A stretch of DNA of 62,905 nt, the filler included, from Rhabdomonas costata (Eukaryota), in assembly GCA_019059605.1 (NCBI GenBank). It is 45 parts of 45 records of this genome, joined end to end, with 100 filler letters (N's around TTAATTAATTAA, not from the genome) between each part and the next. Parts side by side here need not be neighbours in the genome. Positions count along the whole stretch, not along the records: positions 25,211 to 26,511 come from JAHMHO010020111.1; positions 26,612 to 27,911 come from JAHMHO010020112.1; positions 28,012 to 29,312 come from JAHMHO010020113.1; positions 29,413 to 30,711 come from JAHMHO010020114.1; positions 30,812 to 32,112 come from JAHMHO010020115.1; positions 32,213 to 33,512 come from JAHMHO010020116.1; positions 33,613 to 34,912 come from JAHMHO010020117.1; positions 35,013 to 36,311 come from JAHMHO010020118.1; 37 more parts are not named here. One strand, given 5' to 3'. This document shows, piece after piece, positions 25,481 through 38,457 of the stretch; position 1 is the first letter of the stretch, and each line of letters begins with the position of its first letter. The notes under the pieces were generated by a model that saw only the letters and a list, made by a program, of their open reading frames with translations, had not been told where the DNA came from and searched no databases. The position numbers were made by a program, and so were the translations under genes.

Positions 25481-28400
25481 TCGATGCGCGTGCATTTTCT
25501 TTCCTTCCGATGCGATAATGTTCATGCGCCCAATTATCTACATTGGATAGGGGAAATGGTCCTTGCTGCTTGCAAGCACCAGTGAATACATTTAAGCCTT
25601 TCTCTTCGCTTGTGATTCATCGTACTAACAATTTTTTGTTCACGGAATCTGGCAACGAATGAGGCTTGAGATCACACCTCTCTATCCCCCCACTCCTACA
25701 CACCCACCCAGCAGCACTACGACTATGTCTTTTGTTGCTTCCCCTTTTGCGCTACTCCTTCTGCAACCCGGCGCTCCGTTTTTTGATTACATTCGCAACC
25801 TCGCGCACCTCACCTCTCCTCACTGTACTGCGTTCGTTCCTCGTCTCCCTGTACCCGATCAGTCCGCTCCGGCCCTATCATTCAATTTACCCCGTCCCTA
25901 CCCTGCGCGCCTCAATTCGGTCACCTTTCCATTTTCTACACCTTTCTATTATTCCTTATCCTCTACTGTTTTCGCTTCAAGTACTTTACCTCGAGCGCGT
26001 CCTTTTTGATTTGGCTTCCTTTTTTCTGTGCTGCTTAACGTCCTGTAACACTTTTTTGATGTCTCATAAAAGAGAAAGAGCGTCGATTAATAGCGGAAAA
26101 TTATCAGAAGTTGTTTATTGGCACAGATTCAACCATTGCGTCATGCAAGCTCTGCCCCATGATGCGCAGCCCAGTTGAGCCGTGCCCTTTATTTAGGCGC
26201 GGGACTGAAGCACCGAGGAAGTGTGTTGACAATTCAGGATACCTCACTGATCGCTGTATCCGTGCTGATCTACTTGACTCTTCTGCTGGGGAAAAGAGAA
26301 TGCGCCACATGCAACCTCGTTTTTTTATCGATTTTAGTTTGTTCTTAGGACTTGCGCTAATCGCTGAAATTTCGCTGTGGGCACATTCTTTCACCCACCC
26401 TGAAGCGGAAAGGAAGCTTTGCCAAGATGAGCCAAGACATTTGCCAAGACATTCAAAGCGTTCAGCAATCAATTTGCCAAAGCGATGCAAAAGTTTGGCA
26501 CCAACCCCCCCNNNNNNNNNNNNNNNNNNNNNNNNNNNNNNNNNNNNNNNNNNNNTTAATTAATTAANNNNNNNNNNNNNNNNNNNNNNNNNNNNNNNNN
26601 NNNNNNNNNNNGGTGGGGGTTCAAGGGCGGCACAATAGTGTCGCCCTTGAACCCCCAAACCAATTTTATCTCAGACCTTTTTTTTAGCTAAAAACATACT
26701 CGAACCAGCTTTCAGTCTGACAGCAAGTTTCCCATTTTGGCCCGAAGTGATGCAAAATTAATTTTTATTGATGAGAATTTGAATTTTTAGTCCATTAGGG
26801 GGTTAGGGCCTGAAGCTAGATATTAAGTTTGCACCCCCCCCCACTCCCGATCTCCCGATGATGCGCTGCGGGATTCGGTTGTTTCGTTATTTGTTTGGTT
26901 TGTTTGGTTTGTTTTACCACTGAATGGGAATGCACTGGGGTTCGTGCTTACAGCAGTGATGAACGGGAGTAGTCCTTGTTTGATCCTCGTCCCTCCTGCC
27001 TGCTGCACGTGCAAAAAAAAACAGCGACAAGCTCTCGCGCCCGGCACCTTTGAAGTCAGTGCTCCTTCGCCTGCAAGATTCAAAGGCCTCCGTGTAATTC
27101 CCCTCGAGTCGCCTCACCCCCTTGCAGAGCTTTGTTTGGGTGGCTGCTCACCTTTACACGACACACGACACACGGGGCACGGTTTACGTCCATGTTTTTT
27201 AAATACTCTCTCGTTTTCGCCTTTTGCTCTCCTGAAAAGAAAAGCTCTCCTGGAGTGAGATCGTTGCAAAGGGAAGAGAAAAAGAGACCGTTCAGAACTC
27301 CAATTCCGTTGGTCCTCGGGTTCGGTTAGGTATCTAAAGATTTGGAGCCCACTTGCGTTTCCGTCTGCACAGCCGAAGGTGGTGGTGCACCTGATTTCTT
27401 TTCTCTTTGAACTCCTTCCCGCTTGCTGCTTTTTTGGGGAGGGGTTCTTTGTTTTCATGTTTTTTCATGTATTTTTGTTCATGTGCTTGTGTGTGCCCCT
27501 GCGAAGTGCACGAGTTGTGGTCAAATGCGGGAGAGCCAAGGGCATTCGTCCTGCCGACAGGTGTTGTACACACACACCGCGCTTGCCTCTCTCTCTCTCG
27601 TTTCAGTGTAACTACATCAAGCTGTGTTCTAAATCTTCCCTCTCCTTCCTCTTTCCTCACTCTCGCTCCCGCCGTCTTCGCTGGGTTGTTTCCAAAACAG
27701 AGGAGAGAAGAATGTGTGCTGAAACTCCATTGCGGGTCTGTTTCGTTTTCTCCCTTTACATTCCAAGGGTGCCAATGTTGAGCCTTCAAGGGTTACACAC
27801 GGACCCCCACTCCGATTCTTGACGGGCTTCATCTGGGCCGGTATATAGATATGGCCTACCCTCCTCATCTTTCTGGCCCCTCTCCCCCTTGAACCCCTCT
27901 CACACAACACANNNNNNNNNNNNNNNNNNNNNNNNNNNNNNNNNNNNNNNNNNNNTTAATTAATTAANNNNNNNNNNNNNNNNNNNNNNNNNNNNNNNNN
28001 NNNNNNNNNNNTAGTCATTTCAGCGAGCTCAAACCCTGCCGCAATGCCTTGTGCATGGTTGGGCATGGTATCCTTTTCTTTCCCTCCGCTCATTTGTCGT
28101 TCTGTGCGTGGTGTCCCGCGCCTCACCTTACTCTTCTTGCTCTGAAGCCATCCCCCACGTTTGGTTTACGATCTCACGCAGTGCGCATATGATGGGTCAT
28201 TGTGTTCGAGTTTTTTGTTTTTGGTTACTGAAGCGATGCATCTCCGCAGTGTGTCTGTAGTGCTCTTTTGTGTTGAGCCCTGCCTGTCAAACCTTCCATG
28301 AATTCCTCCAGGGTTCCAGAGTTCCATGCTGTCTTCTTTGTCCAGGATGTTGTCAGCATCCCTTCCACTTTTCTCTCCCCTTCTCACACTGAGCATGACT

Positions 28401-29539
28401 TTTCGCGTCTCCCGTTCCACGTAGCGCTCACTCGCCTCATCCTTTGCACTTCCGTTTTTGTGCTCCTGCGGTCCTGTCAGCAGCGCGCTCTCTCGCTGGG
28501 CGCTTTTTTTTGTGAGCGGGTTCGTAAGATGACTCTGCTGACAGACGCTTAGTGAAGGGCAGTGGTCCCTGACCCCCCCTCCCCGGAGCTTCTATTCTTG
28601 GAAGTGCGACATTCCTCTTCGGCTGGCCTGGATCGTGAGGGTTCTGGAAATTTTGAGAGCCATTCGTGTGGTTTCGTCAGGAAGAAGGCAAGACCTCAGG
28701 AGTATCTTTCAGTTAAAAAAACCTCAACACTGATGTGTCTGTTGGCAGCACCAATTTGCACAGTTGTGGCAGGGGCGTTGAGGCAGACTGCACTAAAGCT
28801 CGGATAAAGGGAAAAGGGGACTTACAAAATATATTGCTGAGAGACCGGAGAGAACGAGAGAGGAACGGGAAGAACCCAAAGTGTAGTTGGCGGGGCGTGG
28901 GGCATGATGAGTTGGGATGAAAGGGTTACTTACACGAATAGGAACAGAGGGGGACAAGTATGTAATGCAGAACCAATGTCAACCGATGCCCGATGCGCAT
29001 CCTCCTACGCACAGAGAAGCTGTGCATAGTAGAAGATGTACACCAAAACGCAGCGGAGAGGGAACTTGAAAAGAAAAGGCAAAGGGAGAGAGAAGGGCGT
29101 GAAAAAGCGGGATGAGAAAACGCCATCCCTTTCCCTGCATAAAGCCGAAACCGAAGCAGATCTGCAGGGATTCTGTGCATGTGGCAGAGTCTCCTCTGAT
29201 ATTGCTGACCTCAATCATTTCTGATAAACCCTGAATAACAAACAGGGGAAGCACAAGGGAACCGCGGTAAGAAACTAACCCCTTTAGGTCAAACTTGCTG
29301 AGCAACCAACACNNNNNNNNNNNNNNNNNNNNNNNNNNNNNNNNNNNNNNNNNNNNTTAATTAATTAANNNNNNNNNNNNNNNNNNNNNNNNNNNNNNNN
29401 NNNNNNNNNNNNCGCCACCACATTTTCGGGGGTTGGGGCGAGAAAGATATTGGGCTTGCCTTCACGAAAAGGAAAGGAAGGTCGACCGAAACAATGATTA
29501 CTCTCAGTATTAAATTTTTAATTCACCATTTGGGAACCA

Positions 29540-30421
29540 CACCCCTTCCCATAGTACTCGACCATACCCCCGCGAGCGACCGTGTCCGCCGCCAGCTGGG
29601 CCATCGCTTCATGACCTCGGTGCAAGGGGTTGAACGACCCCGGGTAGAGGATGGGCACCACCCCTTGCTCCCGCTCAGTTGGCTTCCGGTGGGGAGAGCA
29701 GTCACAAATTCAACATTGTCATCATTGTAATATAAGGAACCACCTGCCCGTGCAACCGGTACCTCGTTTCTGTGTTCCGTGAAAAGTGGGAGGGCGGCGA
29801 TACTTGTAGGGCTTCTTTAAATTGCCCGCACCCATACTAGCTCAGTGAGAGTTGGAAAAGGGTAACCAATCGTAGGAATGTAAAAAGAAAATCTCCTGTC
29901 ATAAACCACGTGTAAGTCAAAATTGCTTCTTGTGCGTACAGAGCTCCATGGTTCCGGTATTTTTTCCGGGATACGCACACATTCTATGTGCGCGTTGCAT
30001 TGGCCGTTGTTTCTAGCCTCACCCTGTTAACATGAAAACGGGCCATTTAGAGGTACGACATACAAGGGAAGGCTGCAGACAATTAACTTCTTTCGAAACG
30101 AGAGGGTGGGGTACACTGGTCAACTGGTCATTTTTTGCAAAGATTTTGAAAAGGAGAGCGACTCCATCATCCCTTTGCTTCACCAGACCGCCAATTTCGC
30201 AACTCTTACATTGCTGCCAACGAAACACGGATAACGGATCGTGACCTCAGGAAAGTGATGCGCGTGGTCACAAGAGGGGGGCACACCACTCCGTGAATTT
30301 CCAACCGCTGGCCGTCGGGGAGGAACCACGACTTTCTCACCCTCACGCTCTCCACGTGCAGCATCTCGGCGTCAGGCACCCCAGCAGCTGGAGCCTCTTC
30401 GGGAAAGAGCGCGAACGGAAG
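29540..30421 (-). CDS. HxGH-family nucleotidyltransferase (cytidylyltransferase-like/NMNAT-like), partial exons
   Basis: A frame absent from the ORF track reads VVPILYPGSFNPLHRGHEAMAQLAA (about 29661-29587). Upstream AG/GT-bounded exons lie at about 30342-30421. Confidence 0.8.
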
Positions 30422-30811
30422 CTGCGTGAGTCCAAAGGTTACGGCAAGCAAGTCCCAAACTAACCGCAAGTAACAGCCAATGCTGCTACCGCTGCTTTTT
30501 TGCATTGCGAGAACACCGACCCGAGAGCTACACAAAGTATTGTGAGCAAAAACCGGGCATATACGAAGGAAAATGCAGCCTGAAATGAAGCTCTGGTAAA
30601 TATGGGAACGAGATGTCCTCAATCTTCCAAACGCAACACGGAAAGCGCCCCCCTCCCCCCTAAACACGAAGAATAGAAGCAAACACGCCCTTCCCCTGGA
30701 ACACCACCACANNNNNNNNNNNNNNNNNNNNNNNNNNNNNNNNNNNNNNNNNNNNTTAATTAATTAANNNNNNNNNNNNNNNNNNNNNNNNNNNNNNNNN
30801 NNNNNNNNNNN

Positions 30812-32112
30812 CTCAGAACCATTCACCTATACTTCCAGGTACGTTCCGCGATTCGTTTTATTTCAATGTGGAAGAAAGCAAAACTGCAGTTTCTCCTAAA
30901 TTACCGTGTTTTCTCAACTGATAGTCTTTCTTTATTTCCTTCCCAACATTTTTGGCCCATCAATTATTTTATATCTCTCCCTGGTCTTCTCTGCTACCAT
31001 CATCTCCTCTTTTCTCACTCCTCCTATCACCCCTCCTATGTTTTGAGAGACATCACTTAACACCCTTCGCACACGATGAGATTGCCAGTTATCCCTGTAA
31101 ACCGTCACCAGAAAACCAACGGATTGAAGGGATCCACCTGCAGCCTACACCAAGGAAATTCTGTCGGATATCAGTGCAAGGTTTTCCAAGCACTGCACTT
31201 GGCATAGCAATGCCCCCTGATCTCATCTCCACGTCCCTGTCCACCAAGTGCGACCCTTACACTGGGGTTTGTTGGGCAACATGCGTCTTCTACATCCGGC
31301 AACTGTGGTGGGCAGATATTGCTGAAACCCTCAGCGTAATCACATCTCACGGTGCCCCACCTTCTCCCTTTATCCAACAGATATCCACACTTTCCAGTCT
31401 CACGACTCCACCCCCATCAACTACGCTCACCACCACCAGCCCTCACCATCCATCCCGTTCTTAATTCACTCTCGCACATCAACAAACTTGCTCTCCTCAC
31501 TTCCTTTATCACTCAATTTCCATATCTCCGCCAGGTAATCATCCGGTGCTTCCCATTCTAATTCATTTCGGTCAATTTTACCCGTATGCCTTCCCCATCA
31601 AAACCTCTAGAAGACACTCTCAAACATTTGCACACCTCTCCACTACCACCTATCACTCCGCTTCCTCACCGGGCGACCTATATGCACCAAATGGGTTATT
31701 TTGCGGTTTGGTTTTGGTCGCAACCATCCATCTCCAGCATTTCATACAGCACAATCCCCTTCATCACCGGCTTCAGAAGCTACCTTGTCTTATTAGCTTC
31801 TCACTCCATTCCTTAATACGCAGCTTTTGTGTTTAGGCGTGAGCACAGTCCTGCCATCCCACATTTTCTTGGTTGCAATATATATCTCAAGCTTCCTCCA
31901 CAACCATCCATTGTTCAACTCCTCCAGCAACCTTGCATACGCGCGCAGCCTTGCCAAACGCAGCACCCTCAGATGGCACGTTTTTGAGGGCAGGCGCTGC
32001 AACTCTTTTTACAACTTGTGGCCCAGCTTCCATCAAGCCACAAATCTCTCCAAAGTTTTGTGGAACCATCAGCCCCCCTCCAGCCCCTTCCTGCGTTCCA
32101 TATGGCTCCCCT
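30812..32112 (-). mobile_element. Possible heavily decayed retroelement fragment
   Basis: Strong strand skew (purine-rich minus strand), no introns and broken W/R/K-rich frames. No diagnostic motif recovered. Confidence 0.25.
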
Positions 32113-32837
32113 NNNNNNNNNNNNNNNNNNNNNNNNNNNNNNNNNNNNNNNNNNNNTTAATTAATTAANNNNNNNNNNNNNNNNNNNNNNNNNNNNNNNN
32201 NNNNNNNNNNNNTGTTGGGTGTGTTGGGGTGTGGTGTATTTGGGCACTTCCTGTCTTCGGTGTTTTGCGGGCCCCCCGGCGGCAAAACCCGCAAATACAA
32301 CGAATACATGGGGTCCCCAGTAATGCCACCACGGATATTGTTATTTTGCTTTGACCCACCCCGCGGACCACAAAATCCTGCCTTTTTCAATTGCCCTATA
32401 GGAATTTGTGTTTTTGTTGTTCCCTTTGTTTGCCTTCTTCCCCTTTGCTGCCATGGTTTGTTGTTTGCCCAACGTTGGTTTTGCCGTTTTCCTAATGTGA
32501 AAATGATCCATCGGCGGGCCAATCTTCGTGGACCCGTTGCGCCGATTGCCCAGGCGAGGTGTGGCGCCGTTTTCAATGTGGGGAAAATAAACCGAGGAAT
32601 AACACGGCAAAACGGGCGGTTCAAGGACCGTTTGGACCTTCTTTACATTCAGCCCGGCAAAACCCGTTTGTGTGCGGCCGCCCCATGAACGTTGTGGCAA
32701 GGCTGGGGTTCATGAACTCCATACAAGGCAGAGGGCTCCGACTTACAGAAAAAAATATTTAACGATGCTTTTGGAATTGCGTCTTTATTTCTGTTTCTGT
32801 TTTTTTAAATCCTATCCAAAAGGAGCACTGACAAGGT

Positions 32838-32879
32838 TTAGGGTTAGGGTTAAGATTAGGGTTGGGGTAAAGGGTAGGA
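32838..32879 (+). repeat. Degenerate interstitial TTAGGG repeats
   Basis: ttaggg ttaggg ttaaga ttaggg ttgggg taaagg gtagga. Confidence 0.75.
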
Positions 32880-33612
32880 AGAGGGAATGGCCAGAAAGGT
32901 GATTTGGCAGAGAAATTCGTCGGGGAGAAATGGGGGGAAATGTTGTGTGTTGGTGTCGTGCGTTTTTGGGCTTGGAGTGGCCCTTGCCGGGGGTATGGTT
33001 CATAACAGGCCGGTGCGGCTAAGTGACAAAATGGTCCGAGGGGGAAAAGCTGTGCCAAAGGAAACCAAAACCGTGAAGAAAAGCACGAAACGGAAAGTGG
33101 CGTTGTGCAGGGAAAAGAAAGTAGCAATGGGTAAGGGGATTTGTGAAGGCCCAACCTTATGCCTGGCCACACTGCGGGCCTTGAACGCACCGTGGGCTGT
33201 GAACCGGGGACAATGGCCGCCGAAAGAATGACTGCGTTTCCTTCTTGCTTTTCCGGGTCTTTAGGTCCATTTCCCCTCATTTTTGTTCCCTCTTTGCCGC
33301 TGCTTTTGCCGAACGGCCCCGATAACGATGGAAATGAAAGGCAATCTGACAAGCAAAAAGAGCACCCGAGGGTTTACCAATCCCGCGAAACCGAAAAAAA
33401 AAGCCCAATGGACAACTAAGGTGTGCCAAAGAGCCCGAAAACTTCTTCGGTCCACGGTGGCTTGGTCGAAGAGACGTGAAAGCACTTAAAATCAGGGGGG
33501 GGGGCATTGCGGNNNNNNNNNNNNNNNNNNNNNNNNNNNNNNNNNNNNNNNNNNNNTTAATTAATTAANNNNNNNNNNNNNNNNNNNNNNNNNNNNNNNN
33601 NNNNNNNNNNNN

Positions 33613-34012
33613 GTGTGGTGTGTTTGGTGGTGGTGGTGACAGACGCAGCTGCGGTTGGAACGCTTTGAGGCGCCGTCATAATGAGATCCGCAGGCTTCTC
33701 ATGCTGTGCAGCAGGCGGTGGTGGAGAACTTATTGGAAGGGGAGAGGATGGCGGCGATCGTTCCTGCACTGGCTGCTGCTGCTGCTGAGGCGGCGGCTGG
33801 GTAGGATGGGGGCTGCCTTGGCAGAGTGCGTCAAACTCGGAGGGTCCAGGATCCCCACCAAAGAAGAGGTCCTCAGAGCTGTGCGCAGGGGAGTCGAAGA
33901 AGGTGGCGGGCTTCCGCTGAGGGACCGATGCTGCTGTGACGGTGTCAGCGGTGGTGGTGGTGGCCCCTTCAGAAATCGAGGTCACTGGGGAAGTGGGCGC
34001 GGGGTGATCCAT
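33613..34012 (-). CDS. N-terminus of a P/S/T-rich disordered protein
   Basis: ATG-initiated low-complexity ORF with FFD and LFFGGD patches, open at the contig end. Confidence 0.5.
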
Positions 34013-35543
34013 TTGTGGCGTGGGTATATATGCTCTCTATACTGCTGCTGTACGGGGTGCGCAGTGGTTCCACAATGTGGACACAAGGAATACACAAGAA
34101 AAATGATTTTAGCCTGGAAAAAAAGGGCGAGGTCCATACCCAGCGAAAAGAAGACACAAACTTACAACACCTACAACCCCAAATTCGTACCGAACGCATG
34201 TGTCCCCCTGCAGAAGTCAGCTCTACTCAAAAAATGGAAATTGTTTGTTTTTCAGAACAAAATGGTGGATGCAAGATTTCTTTTTGGCGGGGCGGGGTGT
34301 GGTGTAGAAACGGACAAGCAACACTACTCAACGCAAAGCGTCTTGTCTTCTTTCTGACAATGTCAGCACGCATGTCACAACATTACTTTCAACAGTAAGA
34401 AAAATATTGCGCATGAAGCCCCCCTCCCGAAGTGCGGTGGCTGATGGGCTTTTTGTGTCGATTCTTGCCCCCGCAGCGGAGAGGGTTTGTCAACGGTTCT
34501 CACGACGGTTGCACATCTGCGCTGAGTCTTTCGAGGATGCTGGTACATTTAACTTGACAGAACTAAACAGCGCCAAAATGATCGATTGCACAACAGCGGG
34601 CTGCAGGCCCAGCACGTCTATTGTTCACCAGGTAACGGTAAATGGAAAGAGAAAGAACAACAAATGCTCTTCAGAATGGCTAACATCGAGAAGCAACATA
34701 AACCCACAACAGCACTAAACACAACAAAAGGACCAGTCGGTCACTATGAAAGCACCGGACCCGCCACTCGCTCAAATAATTGAGTACAAAAGTGCAAAGA
34801 TATAAGGAAACAGATAATGACACAAAAAGCAAAGCACACGCTAGCCACAATGCGTAGTTTTGTTCAGAAGTCAAAAAAAAATGAAAGAAAAGATCTCGAG
34901 GAACTTCCCCCCNNNNNNNNNNNNNNNNNNNNNNNNNNNNNNNNNNNNNNNNNNNNTTAATTAATTAANNNNNNNNNNNNNNNNNNNNNNNNNNNNNNNN
35001 NNNNNNNNNNNNATAGGAAACGGTATCGTCCTTTTGCCGGGGGTGTGTTCTTTTCAAATGTGATTGCAAACGCTATCGTGATTTTGACGTCGCTATCACC
35101 AGGGACGGACCAGAGCCGGCTTGAGGTCTTGGCATATTGTGTGCATTGAGCCCGGGCGTTTTTGTTCCTGCGGTTCGCGGTCCTGATGTCAGGGAAGAGA
35201 AAGTCAGGAGAAAGAATTAAATCCTTTCTCGCGCATTGCTTTTTTTTTTACGGTTACGACTTTTGGCTACCCGTGCTTTCCTCCCCTCAGCGGTGGCCCC
35301 ATACCGTATACCAGCGCTTCCTGAACTGGAGAACTTCAAGAGGACACAAGGCGCTTGAAGGGACTTCGTTTGAACAGGAGCTTCTGAACCCGACCCCAGG
35401 TCTTGACTTTCATTTCACTTCCTGGGGAAAGACCCCAAGCCTTTGGCCAGGGCAGAGTGGTGGTGGATGGGGCGACAAGTGCAACTGCACTGTTTTACAC
35501 TTTTTTTTCGGTCCTACGGAGCTTTTTGTTGGTGCGCGTTCAG

Positions 35544-35768
35544 GTGGATGGAAGGAATTTCAGTTGGAGGACGCCACTTCGGGGCACGTCCAGATGTGGA
35601 AGCGTAGCCCCAACCCCATTCCCTCCGCGGTGTACATGAAATTCCGGTCATTCTTCCCTCACACATCCCCGAAGCAGCTGCTGACTCTCCTCTCGGACCC
35701 AGAGAAGAGGACTTGGGACCCCAATTTTGAGGTCTACCGGGAGGTGGAGCGGCTGACTCCCAACACTT
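35544..35768 (+). CDS. START lipid-transfer domain exon
   Basis: GGWK...VQMWKR...YMKFRSFFPHTSPKQLLTLLSDPEKRTWD. AG/GT bounded. Confidence 0.75.
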
Positions 35769-37586
35769 GTATGGCTCTCTTGACTCCCTTGAGCCACAGC
35801 GGAGCATAGCGGTTGCCTCTTCGCCTTTCTTTGTCTCGCGATTCGAGAAGTTGGAAACGGCAACAAAATGCAAGCAAAACGAAATCCTTCATAACAGTGG
35901 GTTGCTACAGCTCCAATGTTTTGTCATTGCGCAGAATAAAGGTTTCCCTGGCAACACCTGGGAATACTCCTTTTTTTTTAGAGGTTGGGACGTTCGCGAT
36001 AGATGCGCCAGATGCGTTAGAGATGAAGCGGGACGGAGCTAACACCACTAACGCGGCAAAAAAAAACGCCCCAAGCCTTAGCGTCAAATTTCTGCTTAAC
36101 CAAATGCAATTTTCAGTCTCTCTTTCGTGTCTTCGCCTCCTGCTTGTGGGTGTGTGACCTTGTAGGGGTCATTTATGCTAAGTCTGCGATCCCGCACTGG
36201 CTGGGCTACCTCGCGTGAAGCAACGGTGCCCCCCCTTCCACTTTCCTCTGCCTTTGCCTCAGTTCCCCGCTTGGCATTTCGTGCTCCGCTCCCCTGTCAG
36301 ACCAACCCACANNNNNNNNNNNNNNNNNNNNNNNNNNNNNNNNNNNNNNNNNNNNTTAATTAATTAANNNNNNNNNNNNNNNNNNNNNNNNNNNNNNNNN
36401 NNNNNNNNNNNGGTTGTTGTGAGTGGAAGTTGACCATTTTCGAAACTCTTCATGAGATCCCATCATATCAGGGGGGAAACGGGAACGGGAACGGTGAGGT
36501 TGTGTATGCGAGAACTCGAATTATTTCCATTTTTTCCACAGTGGTAGTCCCTTTTAAAATCGAGTTTTTTCGAATCAATGGGCCCAATAATGACCATGTT
36601 TTGTTTTTTATATTGATACTCATGTAACGCGTAAACTAAAATCTCGTCTCACGAAAAACGGCAGGTGTGAGGCAAATTAGACGAGTAGTTCACGTTATCG
36701 CTTAGCTGGCGCAGCGTGTACCGATGCTCCCGTGCCATTGCTGCCAGCCACGGGGCACCGGCTTACCTTGTTCGCGTTTGTGTATGTTTGTGCGATGACG
36801 AGACGGAAAGGAAACACACACACACACATGAAGGAGAGCGATGAAGGAAAGAACAGCTGCCGCTCGAAACGCCTCCCCACCCCCGCTCAACATGAAAAAC
36901 TCGTTTCGAGTGTCAGCAGACTGTGTCACAGAGAACAATCTCCAAAAAGTCAACAGCAACGCTGAACAGTTCGGGATTCCAACGTGACACACCATTTCGG
37001 CGTGGGTGGTTCGTTGTAAAGTACGTTGTGGGTGCTGTCGTAAACCCTCCGCTGCGTGGGGCAAGAAGCGGCGCAAAAGGGTTACGAAAGAGGCGCCAAG
37101 GGGCACCACCACCGGCCGAGGGTGAAAGGTCGGGACTTTCCTGACCCCAAGGACCGGCCACGCAGCGTTTCGGGAGGCCTGCTGTATATACAAAAGACCC
37201 CAGGCCTGCTTCGGCTTAGCCCTCTTTTCTCATTGACCGTGTTATAATAAACACCATTTCCAACCTTATTTTTATAGAAAAACGCTTCGAGGACTGAACA
37301 TTAAACTGTTTTCTTCTCCACTCGGAGTAGGCCATTATAAAATTATCAAAGAGTCTCAAATACGCTAGCTTGAAAATCAAGCAGAGGGTCAAACGATGTG
37401 AACCACCCTGTATTGTTATGATTGTGACTTGTTTGTCAAAAGAAATGAGTAAGTATAGATATGGGCCTCACGAGCAGAGCCATGGACAGAGGGACAAAGT
37501 GTTAGTAGCTGCCGTTCTTCTTTGAGCCATGCACTTCCCATCAGACCACTCACATCCAACCAGGAAACAGGAGAACAGGGGTGTTG

Positions 37587-37621
<35 letters not shown>
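37587..37621. repeat. (CA)n microsatellite; others at about 44632-44670 and 52490-52530
   Basis: Perfect dinucleotide runs. Confidence 0.95.
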
Positions 37622-37623
<2 letters not shown>

Positions 37624-38302
37624 GCGCCTTGGCGCGGTGTGCTGTGGCGTGTCCTTGTGCTGCTTGTTCTGCACACCTGTTGGTTTTTTGGCGCGTTCAC
37701 GGTGCTGCTGTTCGNNNNNNNNNNNNNNNNNNNNNNNNNNNNNNNNNNNNNNNNNNNNTTAATTAATTAANNNNNNNNNNNNNNNNNNNNNNNNNNNNNN
37801 NNNNNNNNNNNNNNGGTGGTGGGTAAGCATCGAAACCTAAGCAGAAGAGTTGTCCAGAAGTCACCGGGGGGATGTATAACTAGGGATGCGATGGCGTATG
37901 GCAGCGCTTGCAGGTTATTCTGTCAGAGAGGCGTCGTGGTGAGAAGGTGGTGAGAAGACGCAAGGCAAGGGGAATGCTCATACCAAGAACGAAGGAAGCT
38001 GGAGGTTCGCCCAGACCGTCACCCATGCGAAGGAAGCACGGGGTGGTCGACGAGGAACGTGAAGGGGGGAAGGAATAGCGTTGCAGAATAGATTACGATC
38101 AAGAGAAAGGGGTGTGTGAAGGGAGAGCCATTTAAAGAATAAGAGCAGATTATGGTCGGATGATAACACGCTCCTTCAAACGATTGTTTCAATTCTTTCA
38201 CTGCGGGTTCATTTCCACGACCGGCCGTGCCGTGCGCCGTGGGGAGGGGGGCTACCACGCCGACCAATATGAACAGGGGGTGGGGGAAAGAGATGCTGCT
38301 AC

Positions 38303-38457
38303 CAGGCTGGCCACCACCTCGTCTTTCGGCGGGGCCTGGGTGCAAGGGTTGCGGCACAGCTTCATGCTGACCTCCGGGATTTCCACCAGGAACAGCGCCC
38401 TGCCCCCGCACCGCGCGACAAGGTGCATCATAAAGAAGAAGTACCCTAGCAGCCCAC
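38303..38457 (-). CDS. Exon of a possible alpha/beta-hydrolase-fold protein
   Basis: GGLLGYFFFMMHL...RALFLVEIPEVSMKL...PPKDEVVASL. AG/GT bounded. Confidence 0.4.

Noticed and set aside
26612-26661. Hairpin gggggttcaagggcggcac/gtgtcgcccttgaaccccc
   Set aside because: It begins at the contig edge and shows the same fold-back pattern. A real element end is not excluded.
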